Below are positions 52,779 through 64,000 of a DNA stretch of 64,000 bases, in pieces. The stretch's first letter is position 1. Every line of letters starts with the position of its first letter. The DNA is from Octopus bimaculoides (lineage: Eukaryota): assembly GCF_001194135.2 (NCBI RefSeq), contig NC_068985.1, positions 20,038,662 to 20,102,661 on the forward strand, given 5' to 3'. The translations under genes were made by a program, and so were the position numbers. The notes below the pieces were generated by a model that saw only the letters and a program-made list of their open reading frames with translations, had not been told where the DNA came from and ran no database searches.

Positions 52779-55685
52779 CTAGAGCTCATTTTCAATTATG
52801 TTATCATGCAGAATACGTCCCTGGGTATTCCCTTTCGCTCTCATCAATTCTATTTTCCTCTGCAAAGATAAAAAAAAAAAAACTATTTTCGGTTGTAGAG
52901 AAAAACTTAGGAATAAAGAAAGTTCAGATCAGAGAATAAATTCTTTGACGGAGGAGGAAAAGCCTCATTCTCATTATTACTATCACCATCGTTACCAGAT
53001 GATGCAACGACTATATCAGAAACAATAGTAGTAACAATATGAGCAGTAGCTATAGTAGTGACGAAGGACCTCATACGTCGGATCACTCAAATCACGCCCT
53101 ATGGTCATAAATAAAAGATATATTAGATAATGCAGTCCTACGTACTTCCTCTTCACACGAAATGAGATGATCACGGCTGGAATGACTTCCAATTATATCT
53201 GCTCCATCAGGCCGGACCTGGAGCTAAACAAGAAGAACAGCAGCAGCGACAACAACAATAATATTAGCGCAAGAAACATAAGTAGTAAGACCAAACTGTT
53301 GCGAAAAGAACAAATCAAATAGCTGATATGGAAATAATGGAATAACGATGTAAGTTGTAGCCTTAGGACATAAAACTAATCTATACCTGGAGCATGAAAA
53401 TACCACAATAACGCTTAGTAATACACTATTCTCCTACACTACAACAACATACTCTAGTATACAATTCCCAACACAACATTTCTATACTTCGACATTATAA
53501 TGTATTATACTAAGAAGCACTGTAATAGCTCAAGTCTGCCCAACCTCAATAAGAATTGCTTGTTTTTGCAAGTAGGTTTTATATAAAAAAAAACACTTGC
53601 GCGAACAGAAGCTTTAGCAATAACTACAAAAACTGGGAAGCCTGTACAAGGCACTCGATTTCCTAGAAATAACAACTAAATTCCCCTTATCTCACATGTT
53701 ATAGACAAAAAATAAACGACGGTGGTTATTTATTTATGACGCCGACGCTTTTGGTCAAAATATGGTCTGTCAATAGCTTCAGTAACAACCACATAATCGA
53801 AACACAGAATCTGGCAATAATCTTGCCTCCAAAGGACGAAATTCATACCAAGTTTATATGGAAATATTGAATAATGTCGATGTGTTGAGGCATAAATACC
53901 TATTTGATATTTGAACCATTATAATTCTAGAATCATTCCAGTCATTATGCACTACAACTATATAGTACACCGTGCAACAATATACAAATCTCGCTCTCTG
54001 AATATAAAACCTCAATTTTCAGCTGCAGCAGCCGCATTGACAAAATATATTGACAAAGTATATTGAGAGAAACAATAACTGAAAGAAAAAACAAACAAAA
54101 ACAAAACATTATCATAGTCGATAATAAGCAACCAAAAGATCCGTATTGTTAGGATTTCAGATTTATTGATTCACTGTAAAATAAGCATGTAACTACACAC
54201 GTTTAGACAAATAAGACATATTTGTATTATGAGAGAATGTTTTGTTACAAAGTGAGAGAATGTTTTAGCGTATTGTTATTGGCTGCTGTTGCAACTGCAA
54301 TGCCACAGTTTTAAAGGGTGCTTTCTATTTTCACTATTTCATTACCCATAGAAACGAGGCTATGTGAAAATATTCTTTAAATTAAGGACTTACTTTGACC
54401 AGGAATAAGCCAGTTTCGTAGGGGAAAAGGGTATCTTAGATTTAATTTATTCAATGTTATTACTCCTCTCCCTTTAAGGCAGCGAGCTGGCAGAATCGTT
54501 AGCATGCTGGACGAAATGCTTAGCGGTATTTCGCCCATCACTACGTTCAGTATTCAAATTCCCCCGAGGTCGACTTTGCCTTTCATCCTTTCGGGGTCGA
54601 TAAATTAAGTACCATTGAAACACTTGAGTCGATGTAATCGACTAGCCCCCCTCCCAGAAATTTCAGGCTTTGTGCCTATAGTAGAAAGGATTATTACTGT
54701 TCTCTCTAGACGAAAAGAATTAATAAGAACATTTGTCATCTAATCTGGCCCTTTAATGCCTTTTAGCCATCACTATCAATCTCATACTTTCCTAAAAATT
54801 CTGTCCTGTTTGCAAGAGTTTCCTTTATGTTAACTGATTAAATGTTTTCAAATATATTGCAACATTGACACTTTTACAGAAAGGCATGGTATATTCCGAA
54901 ACGTGTTAAAGTTTGATTTTGTCGTCAACAGAAAAGTGGTTAAAAATGAGAATTTCTAAGTGTATGCTACGAACCAAAAGGAATATAAAGAAATAAGGGG
55001 TCTAAGAACATGTTTGATATTTTTCAGCAAGAATTATTCAATAAACAATAGTATTCTGCTCCAATTAAGTTATAGTGTTATTTAACTGAATGCACTTGTA
55101 TGGTCTTTTTTTTAAAGTTGATAATGAAATCATTTTCACAGATGATCATTTAAGTTTCTACTTGCATGATATAAACAATAGTGGTCTATATTATTTTCAA
55201 TAATGTTTGATTAGATTGGAAAGCACTCATAATCTATACAAATTCCTCAGTAGTTTCACTACACATGTATATCTTCTGTTAGCACCTATGTAAAATTAAT
55301 TGGTAATTTTTAACACGACTAAGAAAATGTAATTGTTGTGTTGGCGTAGTTTTGGTCATTCGGTTAAACAGCTGTGAATATGATAGCATCCTACCATATC
55401 CTGGGCGAGAGATTAAAATTTTGTCTTGCGTAGCAGCCTAACCAGAATCACTAGAAATATCTTGTAAAAAGCACTTAAAAACAGATTGGAAATAACTGAC
55501 TAGAGGAACACGTATCTCACGGGAAGTCAATGAAGTCTACAGTACAGGTTTCTATGAACAAAAACAACTGATGTTATGCATAGGATCAGTGACTGCCTCA
55601 AGAGGAAATTACATTTATCAACTTACCAGTTTCATCCCATGTTCCTCTTTAGTGTATGCAGTAAGGTGATCATCTATAAAACTTA
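52779..55685 (-). CDS. Weak second cluster of candidate small exons (55627-55673/85, 54788-54805, 54394-54434, 53849-53899, terminal 52859-52779)
   Basis: Donors CTG|gtaagt, AAA|gtatga, AAA|gtaagt, TTG|gtatga; strong acceptor ttttttatctttgcag at 52860. More than one frame solution exists. Confidence 0.25.
54476..54695 (+). mobile_element. SINE family B, well preserved
   Basis: Full head-to-tail match to the 18146-18377 head and core. Confidence 0.88.
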
Positions 55686-56799
55686 CTTCATTATCGAGTT
55701 AAAAAAAAAAAAAAAACCAAACCGCAGCTAATATGTGTATCCGGTTAAATTTCGTCATAGCTTAAGTGGAACGGAATACTGCCGTTTCATGAACTAGTCT
55801 TGTTTAAATTAAGAGATATTTAAATGTCTTCTCTTATTTCGTTATATGATTTATGAGTTGTGTTATGTATATTTTTAGCCACTTATTTCGTTATCATGAT
55901 AACTAAATAAACTTTTGGCACGTTTCAAGGTACATGGTGTCTTTCTGTAAAAGTGTTGATACTCCAACATGTTTGAAAACATGAATGACAATGTTTTGTA
56001 GTTCAGAAAACTGATCTCCCTCTATTCTCAGATGGTTTTTACGCATACACAAAGGATTTGAAGTGCAATTAAGAAACCCATTTTAACCATAACCACTAAC
56101 GTTTCGTGCATAGAAATAGTCCAGAGAAGTGAAAGAAATTATGAAATTACGAGCAAAAAATAAAATGAAAGTTTGTACAGCTAATTGTATAAGATTTCAC
56201 CGATGACATCATAGTTAAGGAAGCAACGAAGCAGAGAATCTCGTATCTCAGATAGAGGAGTTACTCAAGTAATGCTTATACTATCCAGAAACCAAAAAGA
56301 ATTGTAGTTTGTCGATATTATAGGGTCAGATAAAAGAATTTCTCTTTGAAAGTAGAGGTGCACGGATTTGAACCATGAACAAAAGTTTTGTTTGGTGCTT
56401 ACTAGTAAACACTACCACTAAACTATACCAACAACGATATAGAGTTTGAAAGCAATTATCGGGAAGGAAATAATTACCATTGACAATTTCAATCTGGTGG
56501 GTTGCTGTTTTACTTTAAGTCAGTCTTGATCCAGGAGCTATAATCAAAGTAATTCCATCCGAGATCTCTCTATTCACGATCGTCAAGATCTTTCATCTGT
56601 AACCTTTGTGTCTGAAAGAGTAACATGGTCTAGTCTTTCAGACACAGCGGTTACAATGTGTCCAGTACCAACCACATTATACAATGTTTTTAGACACTAG
56701 GTTGTGATCTGAGGGATATTTAGCTACTATTTTAAACAGGTCGAGCGACTACATAGAGGATCCTTTGTTAGGTGTGTATGTTCATGTAGTGTTTTCAAC

Positions 56800-57000
56800 A
56801 TAACCTTTTGACAGCATGTTTTTTTTATGGAATGGTCTGTTTCTTTTGTTTCTTTTTGGCAACATAACTTTTTGACAGTATGGTCTTTTAACAGCTTAGC
56901 CTTTTGATAACATGTTCTTGTCTTTTGACATCATCATGATCTTTTGACGGTATAGTCTGGTCTTTTGTTAGTGTAATCTTTTGACAGTGTGATCTGTTAA
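56800..57000. repeat. Degenerate minisatellite with CTTTTGAC core
   Basis: About 8 spaced cttttga(c/t) units. Confidence 0.6.
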
Positions 57001-57309
57001 AAGCTTTTACGATCAAGTCAAATGTATGAACTTGCATTAACGAGAGTGAAGCAATTGAGAGAAGTACACAAGAAAATTCCTACAAAATGGTTTATCTACC
57101 ACAACGGAAGCTGAACTGTATAGTTTTACTGCAAAACTCCAATTGCCATTAAAGTGTTTGACGTCATTCATTATGAACACTACAAGAAAACCATCAATAT
57201 ATGAACTAAGTGTTTTAAACCTGCTGTTTCATAACACAGACTACAACATACATTATTTTGAAAGTACTAAGAAATAAAATCGTAACTGTCTTTAGAAAAG
57301 ATATATTGC

Positions 57310-57409
57310 AATAGCATCAGTGGTTGTGACAGTGGTAGGAGATGATTTAATAGTAACAGTGTCAGTGTCGGTGGCAGTAGCCGTAGATTTAACAGCAGTG
57401 GAGGCAATG

Positions 57410-57440
<31 letters not shown>

Positions 57441-57500
57441 CAGCAGCAGTAGTAGCAGCAGCAGTAGTAGCAGCAGCAGTAGTAGCAACAGCAGCTAGTG
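57310..57500. repeat. (GCA/GTA)n degenerate trinucleotide tract
   Basis: Direct. Confidence 0.85.
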
Positions 57501-58449
57501 AATAGAATGTCAGAGAAGCAGAAACATTCACACAAAGAATTTTACACAAAGCCCGGGGTTGATGTGGCTGTTGAAATTTTGTAGAATAAAGCAAATATTT
57601 CAATTATATGACCAAAAAACGTGGAAAGAAATATTTATACGGTTTAATGTTTTAATCACTAATCAATTAATGTATTGTATAGGTAAACCCATGAATATTA
57701 AAAGTAACAAGAGGTGATGTACTGAATACCTTATGAATAAATGGTCTTTGTAGTAAAGTGACATTAATGGGTATGTTTCGGTGTATTAGGCGTCATCTCT
57801 ATAGTATAGTATACGCAAACTTGCCACATCATTTGACAAGAATTTAACCCAAACGCGTAAATAAACTCAGAGAATTATACTTTACTTCTTGTGATTATCT
57901 CCCTATTTCTTTGAGAGCTTTTATCAACAACCTCTAGATGTTTGTTTTTCATTCTCTTACTAAGAGGGAAATTTTAAATAATTTAAAATCTTTTGTGTTT
58001 AGCATTCAATACACTACCCCCTTAAAGTATTTATCTAAATTCACGCCGTTATCCTATTTGAGTTATTTCCCAATTCTATTTTGCCTTTGTGTGAATTATA
58101 CTGGTCAAATTTTTAATTGGGTAAATTATACTCCACTCCACCAACTTTGCAGAATCATCTTCTCCTCGTCTTATGAGCAATGGTAGGCCTGTAAACCGTA
58201 TCCCCAAGGAGAAAGCCTCCACCTTCACTACCCGCTATGTATTCAATTCCTTGTTATACACCCTGAACCAATCCACTTCCAACGCTACCACATTCTACTC
58301 CAATAAGCTGCGCACCTCACAATTCATACATACCAAATGTAGAGATACTTCCAGCTGTTTTAAACAAACAAGGTTATAGGTCATAACTATGCCCTTTCCA
58401 ATATACTTTTAAACATTGCACCTCAGAATCTGCTCCTATATTGGATTCA

Positions 58450-59130
58450 AATTTTGGCACAAGGCCAGCAATTTCGGGAGGGGTTAAGTCGATTACATCA
58501 ACACTGGTACTCAATTGGTACTTATTTCATCGACCCCAAAAGTATGATAGGTAAAGTCAACCTCGGTGGAATTTGAACTCAGAACATGAAGACGGACGAA
58601 ATGCCGCTAAGCATTTTGCCCGACGTGCTAACTTTTCTGCCCATCTGCCACCCTATAATCTGTTCCTATATTTAACCAAACTCTCTTATCTCTTATTTTG
58701 TATGGGAGTATATCCTGAAAGCCCATTCAAAAATGCAAGCCTTGACCATCTTGTATCTTTAGGGTTATCAAAATATAGGGATCGCCGTCGGTTTCGACGA
58801 TGGAGATTTATTTGCTTGATCAACTAAATTACCTGCTCATTGAATTAGCATGGAATGGGCTGGGAATTTTCCCAAACACGTATGTGATCTTAACGTAACT
58901 CTTAAGCAGAATCAGTATAATACGGCATGTAACAAGGCTGGTTCTTTAAATTATAGTTCTGCTCCATCTATCAGGCTTCCTCGTAATTTCCATCAACCTA
59001 ATTTCACTCGCAGAACATGAGTTGGCCCAAGGCAATGATAAAAACTTACCCAAGGTGCCTCACAGTGGGATCGAAACTGGAACCTAGTATTTGCGAAGTG
59101 AACTTCTCAACCATTCGATCATGCAGCGTC
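58450..59130 (-). mobile_element. SINE B (58450-58650) and an old family-D-like SINE (58780-59130)
   Basis: 58780-58960 aligns by eye with the 12600-12780 tail. Confidence 0.65.
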
Positions 59131-59350
59131 CTCCTCAGGAATTGTAGTGGTGCTATCTAACATTACGTTATCTAATGTGTCCTTTAATTTTTAAGACACT
59201 GGATTGGGATTTGAGGGAGATTAGGCAGTTATTTCTAGCAGGTATAGGAACCATGTAAATATGTTAGGCCATCGACTAGTGTTTCTTGTTTTAAAAAGAG
59301 TTTAAAGAGTGGTAGAGAGAAAGAAAAGGGGAGAGGAAGCGAGAGAGGAA

Positions 59351-59396
<46 letters not shown>

Positions 59397-60903
59397 GGGA
59401 GAGAGGGGAAGAGAGCGGGAGAGAGGAAAGAAGAGACGAGTGAGAGTGAGGGATACGGTAAGAGAAGGAGAACACCACTATTGCATTTAACTCCATTTGC
59501 CAATAAGTACACTGCAGTGAGAAGAGGACACATGTCGGCTGCTTGTGCCAAGAAAAATACAACCGGAAACCAACACCAATCGACACACATACACACACAT
59601 GTAGGCACAGAAGCACACGCGCAAACATACAACACACACAGACACACAGTGTTGTAGACACAGGCACACAGGCACACAGAAGCAAACACAAACGTACACG
59701 TAAGCATACATATACACATACACATGCATGTGATTGCATATATGCTTAAAGGCTCTAATACTGTACTGCAATGTCACTACGGCTGCAAAAGTACACATTA
59801 ATATTGTTATAATTACTGCAATTTATTTTGTAACAGCTAATCAACGGGCATGAGGTGGGGTTGTATGTATACATCTGATTGTAACAATCAGTAAGTGCGA
59901 TTTACGTACCTTTCTATTAAGCAGAGAAAAAGTAGAGATGAATAGATTTTTCTTTATCTCTCAATCGAATATACAGTATAACACTAACACAAAGCCTGTG
60001 CATATATTTACTTGTATCATTCACTGCGTACACATACACATACATGTACGCACACACGTGCACAGACACACACACATACATGCACACGCACACATCCATG
60101 CTGGTATATATATCTTAGTGTATATGTGTGTGTGTATGTATGTACACATGCATACATTCATACATATTTACACTCATATACGCATACATACTTACACGGC
60201 TATAAATAAGCACATAAATGTATGCAGGTATACACATACGCACATACAGACACACTCACATACGTATATACATATATGAATGAATAGAAATGCATTTATA
60301 TATGCAAACACACATTGTGCGCATGTGCATGTGTGTTATGTTTTTTCTTCTGATTTCTCGTGTGTTCTAGCCTCACTAATATTAAGTGTCATATCAATGA
60401 TAGCACTGCATTGACGTAACCGTACAGTAACATCATGACAGTGCGTGGGAGGATTTAATAATCTTGATCACTGGAGAAGACGAATCAATAACATCTCATT
60501 CATCGTGATATCATTGATCAAATTTGATTAGTTTCGCCCGTGTAACTGTTGTCAGTATTTGTACGGAAGGATGAAAGGCGAGCGAGCTTTGACAGAAACG
60601 TGATAGTTACTATAATGTATCTGGACAACACTTCGCCACTAAGCTGCCTCAAGCGACGGTGATGCTGTTATAATCGCTATTCTAACTATTTTGATATCTA
60701 ACAATACACTGTTACTCTTTACGATATGATTACAGATATCACCAGTTATCTCTGTTTCATATCTCATTCACTTAAGTTACATTTGCATTACCTGCGTTGT
60801 GTGAATTGTGTGTTGAGAGAAATTTGAATGTTTATATATCAAAGAATCTTATGAAGAGTGACAAGCTAGCCAAATCTTACTGTAAGCTATTATTATTATT
60901 ATT

Positions 60904-61086
60904 GAGTGAGAGAGCAGCGCATGCCATCAAAGTGACACTGGGGTATAAATATACGAAGCTGAGTATATCCATCATGACTACTAGTCTGATAAGGGTAAAC
61001 CAGGCACATGCATCGCAGCTATATGTGCGTTACATGGTGATCTCATATCAATATAAACAGCGCATGACCTTGCAGGTGGAGCCTAG

Positions 61087-61087
<1 letters not shown>
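60904..61087 (-). mobile_element. 5'-truncated R4/Dong-type LINE 3' end in (TAA)n
   Basis: Same terminal sequence as 62037-62153 and 63639-63768; TTA arrays on both sides. Confidence 0.8.
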
Positions 61088-61154
<67 letters not shown>

Positions 61155-61155
61155 C

Positions 61156-61545
61156 ATCGCACCGCTGCCCTCCTTCAATCGGGCAGGCAAGGCAGTTTTA
61201 CTTTGCCTTGTGGTTGTGGCGAAAGAGGTTGCTTGGTGGACAAGACTAAAAGGCAAGAGGACAGATGCATTCCTCTTTGGTAGAGCTCTCATTGACTTTT
61301 TCAAGTTTCCCTTGCAAAGGAAATTGAAAGTGAGAGGGAAGTGTTGTTCTAGAGTGAGTTTATTGAAAGGTGGGTGGAAGTTGCGAAAATGGCAAGAGTG
61401 GATGGTATCTTTCTAAATGCAGACCTGTGAGTCGGAGAGAAGGAACTGACGAGGGCACTTGCTCCTGGGGTTTCAGGGAAATCTTGGACAGTGGGGTTCG
61501 TCGACTATCCCTAGAGGCCTTCCTGTATCTGGAAGCATACTTTCA
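61156..61545 (+). mobile_element. L1/Tx1-like LINE ORF2 C-terminal fragment
   Basis: VAKEVAWWTRLKG...LIDFFKFPLQRKLKV resembles Tx1-clade ORF2 C-termini; followed by a (CTTT)n tail. Confidence 0.55.
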
Positions 61546-61707
61546 TTCTTTCTGTCTGTCTTTCTTTCTTTCTTTCTTTCATTAAAAAAATTTCTTTTTT
61601 TATCATTTCATTGTATGTAATCCCCAACACTTTATGTCTGTCATTGTATTGTTCCCTCATCCATTGCTCTGGTGTCAAATAAAAGAAATCATTATTATTA
61701 TTATTAC

Positions 61708-61964
61708 GGAGTGGGAGAGCAGTGCATGCCATGAAAGTGACACTGGGGTAAAATATATCAGAGATCCAAATATCGTCAGCCACTAAGGGACATGCTCAAC
61801 TGGATAAGGTCAAACAACTGACGAGCAAATCTGTGGTATTGAGCTGTATTTTTGCTGTAGCCCATCTTTTATACCAAGACAAAACAATGTACATGATAAC
61901 ACTTCCAATCAGTTAAGATGAGAAGCCATGAAAGCCACAGCCTGATACTGCTTCAGGGCATTTG

Positions 61965-61965
<1 letters not shown>
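61708..61965 (-). mobile_element. Related element sharing the R4/Dong-type terminal ~50 nt, in (TAA)n
   Basis: gagtgggagagcagtgcatgccatgaaagtgacactggggt is shared with neighbours; the upstream body differs. Confidence 0.65.
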
Positions 61966-62011
<46 letters not shown>

Positions 62012-62036
62012 NNNNNNNNNNATTATTATTATTATT

Positions 62037-63620
62037 GAGTGAGAGAGCAGTGTATGCCATCAAAGTGACACTGGTGTATAAATATACGAAGCTGAGTATA
62101 CCCATCATGACTACCCGTCTGATAAGGGTACACCAGGCACATGCATCACAACCGTACTGAAGGTGCTGATTTGTGCAGCTATTCGTGCATGACATTCACC
62201 AAATCTTTTCATCCAGTAGCCTTGAACTCCATCTGGTCCTGGGGCCTTCAAGTTGCCCATTCTTTTGCTGATTTCCTTCACTTCCCGAACTGAAATGGTT
62301 AGTTCTGCCTGTCTTGGACAGACTACTGTTTGTTTTAGTTCTTGCAACCTTTCAGTATCCTTCTTGTGCTCCTTGTCTTTGCTCCAGATGTCACTGCAAA
62401 ACCTTTGACTTTCAATGTTATTTGGTATCAACTTTCATTTGTACACTCTCCATTTTATTTCTTTGTAGAACTTCTGATCCACTCTAAATAACCTTTTCTG
62501 CTGGTAACCCTTCATTCTTTGGTTGTATCTTACCATCTTTGGTCGTATCTTACCATCTTTGGTTTCTTTGCAACGAGGCGCGGTTTCAGTTCCTCCATTA
62601 CCACTTTCTGGCCCTTTCTATCAATATCATACTTGCTGTTCAGTACCCTGTTTTTTTGTTCGCTTTTAAACCCTCCCTTCTCTTTTCGGGCTAACACAGA
62701 AATGTCCTTCGAGAGCATGTTTAACCCCATCTGTATGCTTCTTTTCCACCATGGATATTTTCTTTTGTCACTCCCAATATATTTCTTTTCCTTGACATCA
62801 ACACCCACATTTTCTACTACAACAATACTTGCTGCCTCGATCAAATTATTTGTTTTTGTGATGTCTTTTGTTCTGTTGTATTTCAGAATTTCATTCACAT
62901 TTTTCGTTTCTTGATTCAATTTCCACCGATCAACCTTTTTAAGGTTGCAAATAATGTCGTTATTGTTCTCCCGTAGCGTTGCCTTTATTCTGTTGTAAAT
63001 TGCCTTTTGCCCATCTGTAATGTCACCATTAATTTTATTGTTTTCTTCCAGTCCATCTATATGTCTCTCATCGAGCAAGCTATCACTGTTCCTTTCCTGT
63101 GGTTTATTAGAGATCTTACCTCTGTTTTCTGCTATGAGATTACTTTTATCAGTAAGAACTGTATTTTCATCGTTTCCTCTGCTGCTGTTTTCTAATACTC
63201 ATCTTTTGATAGCTTCGAGCTCTACTTCTGTGAACCAACGATTTTCCTTATTGCTCTAGCTTGATCACACAATCTCTGTTCCATGAGTTGAAACAATCTT
63301 CTTTTTCTCCATTGATCATACATACGTAGTCGGAATCCCCTACCATGAGCACCATTTTCGTCTACAGGGTTGCTCAGGTAGTAACACACTATGATCACAA
63401 CATTGACTTATTTGTTCCATCTACGCCGTTTGTGTTGGTCCATTGCTGGATCCGGACGAGTATCTCTGAGCCTGCCGGGTGCAACACTGTCCACCATCAA
63501 GGGCTTCAGTTTCACTACCACCGTTATTCACAATATTTTGTTTTTTTATTGTCACTCATATGAGGTAGCGATTATCAGGTTCGCAATTATCAGTGTTTTT
63601 ATTGTGACACCATCACTAAT
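62037..63620 (-). mobile_element. R4/Dong-clade LINE with both ends but the RT/RLE core deleted
   Basis: N-terminal RMYDQW...EQRLCDQARAIR..WFTEVELE, PWWKR, KAPGPDGVQGYW, fused at about 62155 to the 3' UTR; TAA arrays at both ends. Confidence 0.85.
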
Positions 63621-63638
63621 TTTATTATTATTATTATT

Positions 63639-63768
63639 GAGTGAGAGAGCAGCGCATGCCATCAAAGTGACACTGGGGTAGAATATACGAAGCCCAGTAT
63701 ACTCATCATGACTACCCGTCTGATAAGGGTACACCAGGCACATGCATCACAACCATAGGTGCGCGACA
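63639..63768 (-). mobile_element. 5'-truncated R4/Dong-type 3' end in (TAA)n
   Basis: Near-identical to 62037-62153. Confidence 0.8.
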
Positions 63769-63795
63769 ACTGTTGTCGTTGTCGTTGTTGTTATA

Positions 63796-63860
<65 letters not shown>

Positions 63861-63864
<4 letters not shown>

Positions 63865-64000
63865 TAGTTTTATTTTTATAACGTGCTTTCACTTCACTAC
63901 CGAGCGCAGCTCTGTGCGCCTTGGGTATGTGCTGTGGTTTGCTGTGGTGCTCTTATGTTTACTGTATTGAAAGTGTTTTGCGTAGAATGTGTGCAGTACC
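63861..64000 (-). mobile_element. 3' end of another R4-clade LINE, continuing beyond the window
   Basis: Reverse complement gives GTAHILRKTLSIQ* (the LLGTAxILRKxL C-terminal motif), then a UTR and (TAA)n. Confidence 0.75.

Overview
AT-rich, repeat-dense eukaryotic DNA from a draft assembly, with 9 N-gaps mostly at microsatellites. The SINE, MITE and LINE families resemble those I recall from octopus (coleoid cephalopod) genomes; this taxon call is inference. No long intact ORF is present, and most ORF-track entries are artefacts of microsatellites, N-gaps or transposon relics. The window holds many tRNA-derived SINEs (some nested or in tandem), six Tc1/mariner relics, two Helitron pieces, a hAT fragment, degenerate I/Jockey-like, RTE and Tx1 LINEs, MITE/foldback hairpins, and five co-oriented R4/Dong-type LINE ends at (TAA)n arrays near the right end. 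The main non-repeat signal is invisible to the ORF track. It is a phase-compatible chain of very small minus-strand exons (about 10-54 nt, 990-10468) that splices into a stop-free C-terminus ...KYLIMVVKEYNEQYKQVVFHREKRYKYYSLWNLMTDLENDVAAFDEIETLYKYASSNL*, which I cannot assign to a family. There is also a candidate CRE/TATA promoter with first exon at about 22.5-22.7 kb (-), an opposing CCAAT/ETS/YY1 promoter at about 20.9-21.0 kb (+), and a weaker second microexon cluster at 52.8-60 kb (-). All gene calls are manual splice-site inference and need RNA-seq.
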